Shown here: positions 60,051-64,000 of the stretch, one piece after another | Numbering within the stretch: position 1 is the first letter of the stretch | How the letters are laid out: each line of letters begins with the position of its first letter | NCBI GenBank assembly: GCA_963845145.1 | Contig: CAWJQU010000005.1 | Span: 256,001 to 320,000, forward strand | Source: an uncultured delta proteobacterium | Lineage (GTDB): Bacteria; Desulfobacterota; Desulfobacteria; Desulfobacterales; QNYZ01 | Reading direction: 5' to 3' | Length of the DNA stretch: 64,000 nucleotides | Position numbers and translations under genes: made by a program | Notes under the pieces: generated by a model | Database searches by the model: none | Told to the model about the DNA's origin: nothing | Seen by the model: the letters and a program-made list of their open reading frames with translations, nothing else

Positions 60051-60979
60051 GATTGCACGATTCTCGGATCTATCACCGAATAGAGAATATCAATAATCAG
60101 GTTCACTACTAAAAAGAGGACCACGATTAAAAGGATGCAGCCTTGGGTTATGGGAAGGTCTCGTGCAAAGATCGAATCTACCAACAGTGAGCCGATACCG
60201 GGCCAGGAGAATAATTTTTCAATGATAACCGTGTGTCCGATCATGCTACCGAATTGAAGGCCCACTGTCGTCAGGATTAAAATAAAGGCATTGCGGAAAA
60301 CATGCCGATATAAAACCTCGTATTCCATCAACCCTTTGGAGCGCGCTGTACGGATAAAATCAGCATTCAGGATCTCTACTACAGCCGCACGCGTCGTTCT
60401 GGCAATGAGAGCCATATACCCGATACCCAGGGTTGTGGCGGGTAGAATAATATTGGCCAAGGCCCCATTTCCATAGCCGAAGGTCGGCAGCAAAGCTAGT
60501 TTTACGGAGAGAAAATACATCAACAACAGCCCCAGCCAGAACTGGGGGATCGAAACGCCGGAAATGGCAGTGATCATAAAAAATGAGTCCAACCAGCCGC
60601 CTTGTTTCAGCGCAGAGAAAAACCCAAGGGGAATACCCAAACAGGCGGCAATGGTCATCGCTACCAAGGCAAGCTTGATGGTCGGCCACAAGCGCCCCAT
60701 GATCAGATGATTCACCTTCTCTTTATGCAGATATGAGATTCCTAAATCGCCCTTGGCTAGATTTTTAATATAATTCAAATAACGGATATGGATTGGCTTA
60801 TCCAATCCCATTTCAATTTTAAGTTTACGAACGTACTCCGGATCGGCGGCTTGACGTTGATCCAACGCCATCAAGGCGGCATTGCCGGGTAAAATGTTGA
60901 GCAATATAAACATAATCAGGGTGATGGTCAGAACCGTTGGGATAAATTGAAGCAATCGGCGTATGATAAAAGCATACAT
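60047..60979 (-). CDS. Peptide ABC permease (OppB/DppB)
   Basis: GDLGISY, FIRTARSKGL, IEKLFSWPGIG, DPR. Confidence 0.95.
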   Translation of the reverse strand: MYAFIIRRLLQFIPTVLTITLIMFILLNILPGNAALMALDQRQAADPEYVRKLKIEMGLDKPIHIRYLNYIKNLAKGDLGISYLHKEKVNHLIMGRLWPTIKLALVAMTIAACLGIPLGFFSALKQGGWLDSFFMITAISGVSIPQFWLGLLLMYFLSVKLALLPTFGYGNGALANIILPATTLGIGYMALIARTTRAAVVEILNADFIRTARSKGLMEYEVLYRHVFRNAFILILTTVGLQFGSMIGHTVIIEKLFSWPGIGSLLVDSIFARDLPITQGCILLIVVLFLVVNLIIDILYSVIDPRIVQS

Positions 60980-61152
60980 GATGACGAGTCCCTTGGGCGT
61001 TACTCCGATACGTGTTTAAATCATTTAAAAAGTGGTAAACAGAACCGGCTATCAGAAGCGATATAAAGCGGTTTTACATAAAAGAAAGGCCGGTTTATTT
61101 ATTCAAAACCATACATAGCGTACGACTGTTTCTGATATAAAAAAGCCTATAA

Positions 61153-61196
61153 CCCCCATGGATCCCAATCGGTAAGCACAACCAGACCATGGGGGG
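61153..61196 (-). terminator. Hairpin downstream of the substrate-binding protein gene
   Basis: CCCCCATGG...CCATGGGGG inverted repeat, with a T-rich stretch after it on the minus strand. Confidence 0.5.
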
Positions 61197-61212
61197 TAAG
61201 GTCATGACATCA

Positions 61213-62823
61213 CTATTTTGTCGCGCGGGGGGAATTCTCATCCACCCAAACCAAATCGAGATCTTGGTACATCAGTTCTACGGCGTTTTGCTGAAGTCCA
61301 TGAACCCAGGGGTGATGCGCAATAATGGCTTTGTTGTAGTTGAAGAACCAGATAGGCGCATCATCTAAAAATACACCATCCGCTTTTTTGAGCAGATCGT
61401 TGCGTTTGGCAGGGTCGGCTTCCTTTTCGGCGGCATCGACCAGGGCGTCGTACTCGGGGTTATTGTATGCGATGTAGTTACCTGCGTGGGCGGGAGTTTT
61501 GGAATGCCACTGCTTCATAGCCTGGAGTGGGTCCGGGCCTGAATTGAATGACATAACATACGCCTCAAAATCTTGCTTCTCATAGACAAGCTCCTGATTT
61601 ACGGCACTTTCCACGAGCTTGGGCTTCATTTCAATGCCTACTTTCGCTAAAAAAGGCAGGGTGGCTTCAATGATGCCGATTCCATAGGATTTACTATCCG
61701 TGGTGATAATATCAAAAGAGAGCATACCTTCGGTGATGCCGGCTTCTTTTAGCAATTGTTTGGCTTTTTCCGGATCATAGGTATACCCTTTGGCCTGATC
61801 ATTAAACGCAGGTGAAGAGGCGGGAAGCCATCCTACTGCCGAAAAAGCCTTCCCTTTCACATATTTATCGATAATAAGATCTTTATTGATGGCATAGTTG
61901 AAAGCCTGGCGCACCCGTTTATCCTTGAATTTTTCGTTTTTAAGATTAAATCCGATATGTCGCGTATACATTTCTGCGACGGTAAGCAGGTTTTTGGATA
62001 GTTCCGGGTCTTTGGCATATACTTGATATTGGGCAGACCCCAATACAGTGGCATCAAGCTCCTTGGATCGGAAAGCCAAATCGCGCGCAGCGCTTTCACC
62101 CATGATCTTATAAACCACGGTATCCAGATAGGGGCGTCCTTCTTTGTAATAATCGGCAAATTTTTTCAAAACGATTTCGCTGCCGCGGACCCATTTAACA
62201 AACTGAAAGGGTCCTAAACCCACGGGTGAGGTGGCAAACCCGTCGCCTTTGGCTTCAACTTCTTCCTTGGGCAAAATAGACGTCATGGTGCGGAAAAGAA
62301 AAAATCCCGGATCACCGGGTTGTTCCAAAGTTATTTCCAAGGTGTAGTCGTCAATCTTACGAAGACCCGCAATACTCCCGGCCTTCCCGGTTTCAACATC
62401 AGCCGCGCCTTTGATATTGCGTATATAGCGGGCCGCCGGTGAAGCCAGTTTGGGACTCATAATTCGGTTATAGCTCCAGATCACATCATCGGCGGTCATG
62501 GGGCGACCGTTGTGAAATTTGGCATTGTTTCTCAACTTATAGGTATAGATACGCTGATCGGAAGACGCGGTGACACTTTCGGCCAGTTCTAAAACCGGTT
62601 TACCCTGTTTGGAGTTCCAATTGTAGAGGGCGCGATGAATTGACATGCCCACAATGGCATCCTGGGTTCGGGTCGTTCGGTGGGCATCCAGAGAGGAGAG
62701 GCTCGAACCATAAGGCGCTATGAAATGAAAGGATCCGCCTTCCCTTGCCGCCAAAACATGAGAGACAAACATGAATTCAACCAAAGAAACCATTATCAAC
62801 ATCACTAAAAATTTTTTCATCAT
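61213..62823 (-). CDS. Peptide ABC substrate-binding protein (family 5)
   Basis: Signal peptide, KFHNGRPMTADDV, PVGLGPF, DKRVRQAFNYAI; AAGGAGG RBS. Confidence 0.95.
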   Translation of the reverse strand: MMKKFLVMLIMVSLVEFMFVSHVLAAREGGSFHFIAPYGSSLSSLDAHRTTRTQDAIVGMSIHRALYNWNSKQGKPVLELAESVTASSDQRIYTYKLRNNAKFHNGRPMTADDVIWSYNRIMSPKLASPAARYIRNIKGAADVETGKAGSIAGLRKIDDYTLEITLEQPGDPGFFLFRTMTSILPKEEVEAKGDGFATSPVGLGPFQFVKWVRGSEIVLKKFADYYKEGRPYLDTVVYKIMGESAARDLAFRSKELDATVLGSAQYQVYAKDPELSKNLLTVAEMYTRHIGFNLKNEKFKDKRVRQAFNYAINKDLIIDKYVKGKAFSAVGWLPASSPAFNDQAKGYTYDPEKAKQLLKEAGITEGMLSFDIITTDSKSYGIGIIEATLPFLAKVGIEMKPKLVESAVNQELVYEKQDFEAYVMSFNSGPDPLQAMKQWHSKTPAHAGNYIAYNNPEYDALVDAAEKEADPAKRNDLLKKADGVFLDDAPIWFFNYNKAIIAHHPWVHGLQQNAVELMYQDLDLVWVDENSPRATK

Positions 62824-62971
62824 TCTCCTCCTTTATAATGGTTATTAGTGGGTTTGCCAGACGCTAAAGTACGATCGGGGCAGACCCGCAAAATGGGCAA
62901 CCTTAATCACCTAAGACCGAGAAAGGGACGCCTTCATCCTGGAACGTTAAAATAAACATCCTTTTTAATAT

Positions 62972-63020
62972 AAATATTAAATGCGTTTAATATTTTAAGC
63001 GACAAGGATTTGGCTGTCAA
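62972..63020 (-). promoter_or_regulatory. Sigma70 promoter of the ABC operon with an overlapping perfect palindrome
   Basis: TTGACA-N17-TAAAAT (63020-62992); AAATATTAAA-TGCG-TTTAATATTT (62972-62995). Confidence 0.65.
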
Positions 63021-63098
63021 GAAGTAATTATAGATAGATGAAGAAAATGAATGGTTACAATTGGGTGAAAACCGGTTAACGCTGAAGATAGCGGTCTG

Positions 63099-64000
63099 TT
63101 AGCTGCATTTGGAAAAACCGCACCCATGACAGACCAGGCAGCCTTCTTCATGGGCGAGTACATCTCCGCAGTCGGGACAAACCCCCATCATCCCTTTGAT
63201 TTCCGACGGTTCGGTTCCACTGATAAGTTGTAGAACCTGGGCCATGGCATCGGGACACGAAAGCACCATCTTACCGTTTTGCCAGGTGGGTGTGGGACAG
63301 CGGATTCCCGTTAGCTGCTTGATGATGGCATCCACGCGAACCCCGGAACGAAGGGCTAATGATACCAGTCGGCCGGCCGCTTCTATCTGGGAAGAAGCAC
63401 AGCCACCCGTCTTGCCCATTTTAGCAAATACTTCACACAGCCCGACCTCATCTGAATTGACGGTGACGTAAAGGTTCCCACATCCTGTACCAATTCGTTG
63501 GGTCAACCCCAGGGTTCGCTCAGGCCGGGGACGGGGGGCCTCGGGGCCGGATACCGCCTGTAGGTCTTTCACGAACAACACCTGTTGTTCGCGACTGCCA
63601 TAGCGGTAGACCGTGACGCCCTTGCATTTGAGTGCGTGCGCCCGCCGAAAAACGTCGTTAACCTGGTCCCGGGAGGCCGTCGCCGGAACATTTACCGTTT
63701 TGGATACGGCACTATCGGTATGTTTTTGGAAAGCCGCCTGAATGCGAATATGCCATTCAGGTTCAATATCAAGGGCGGTTACAAAAATTCGTTTAATATC
63801 ATCGGGGATGGTATCGATATCTTGCACTGAGCCCGATTCTGCAATTTTTTTTATCAGCTCATCGGTGAACCAGCCCTCTTTTTTGGCAGTTGCGACGAAT
63901 AGGGGGTTAACCTCAAAAAGGGTTTGGTTGTCGATGGCGCGACGCTGGTGGACAATGGCAAAGACCGGTTCGATGCCGCTGGATACACCGGCGATAATAC
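63099..64000 (-). CDS. nrdJ: Adenosylcobalamin-dependent ribonucleotide reductase, 3' part with TSCPD domain (truncated by the window edge)
   Basis: Frame stays open to the window end (IIAGVSSGIEP); AVSKTVN, KGVTVYR, TGCGNLYVT, SCPD, C-terminal CPDC...CHGCGFSKC. Confidence 0.93.
   Translation of the reverse strand, partial: IIAGVSSGIEPVFAIVHQRRAIDNQTLFEVNPLFVATAKKEGWFTDELIKKIAESGSVQDIDTIPDDIKRIFVTALDIEPEWHIRIQAAFQKHTDSAVSKTVNVPATASRDQVNDVFRRAHALKCKGVTVYRYGSREQQVLFVKDLQAVSGPEAPRPRPERTLGLTQRIGTGCGNLYVTVNSDEVGLCEVFAKMGKTGGCASSQIEAAGRLVSLALRSGVRVDAIIKQLTGIRCPTPTWQNGKMVLSCPDAMAQVLQLISGTEPSEIKGMMGVCPDCGDVLAHEEGCLVCHGCGFSKCS

Noticed and set aside
62824..62970. Riboswitch in the long leader of the ABC operon
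   Set aside because: No recognisable aptamer consensus by eye; an Rfam/Infernal scan would be needed

Overview
Chromosomal window from a bacterium that looks Desulfobacterota/deltaproteobacterial; this is inferred from gene content and intergenic repeat style, not verified. No rRNA, tRNA, CRISPR array or transposase was recognised. In order: a stand-alone dnaK; an lpoB/COG3014 lipoprotein pair; a D-amino acid dehydrogenase, leuCD and an ornithine cyclodeaminase-family gene; a ~15-kb co-oriented respiratory cluster (9.2-24 kb) in which alternative complex III genes (actB-C-D-F-A...actE) are interleaved with a cbb3-type oxidase (ccoN, diheme ccoO, ccoS, ccoI) and followed by ubiG and ubiE, with FixH/DsbD_2-like and UbiA genes nearby; a Twinkle/T7 gp4-like primase-helicase with an apparently dead primase; LpxR; a CoA-transferase pair; a ureidopropionase plus nucleobase permease; a prkA(frameshifted)-yeaH-spoVR-prkA operon behind a sigma54-type promoter; a K+ channel; an archaeal-type free serine kinase (SerK)-like gene paired with a degenerate ACT-ACT-HAD SerB; pcm-yqaA; a Fic gene with a tandem operator; an M20 amidohydrolase; a metallophosphoesterase; a peptide ABC operon with a degenerate dipeptidase, an XRE regulator and a saccharopine dehydrogenase-like gene; and the 3' end of nrdJ. 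The strongest candidates for undescribed biology are the SerK + pseudo-SerB module and the ACIII-cbb3-UbiG/UbiE module. All family assignments come from motif recognition by eye, without database searches.
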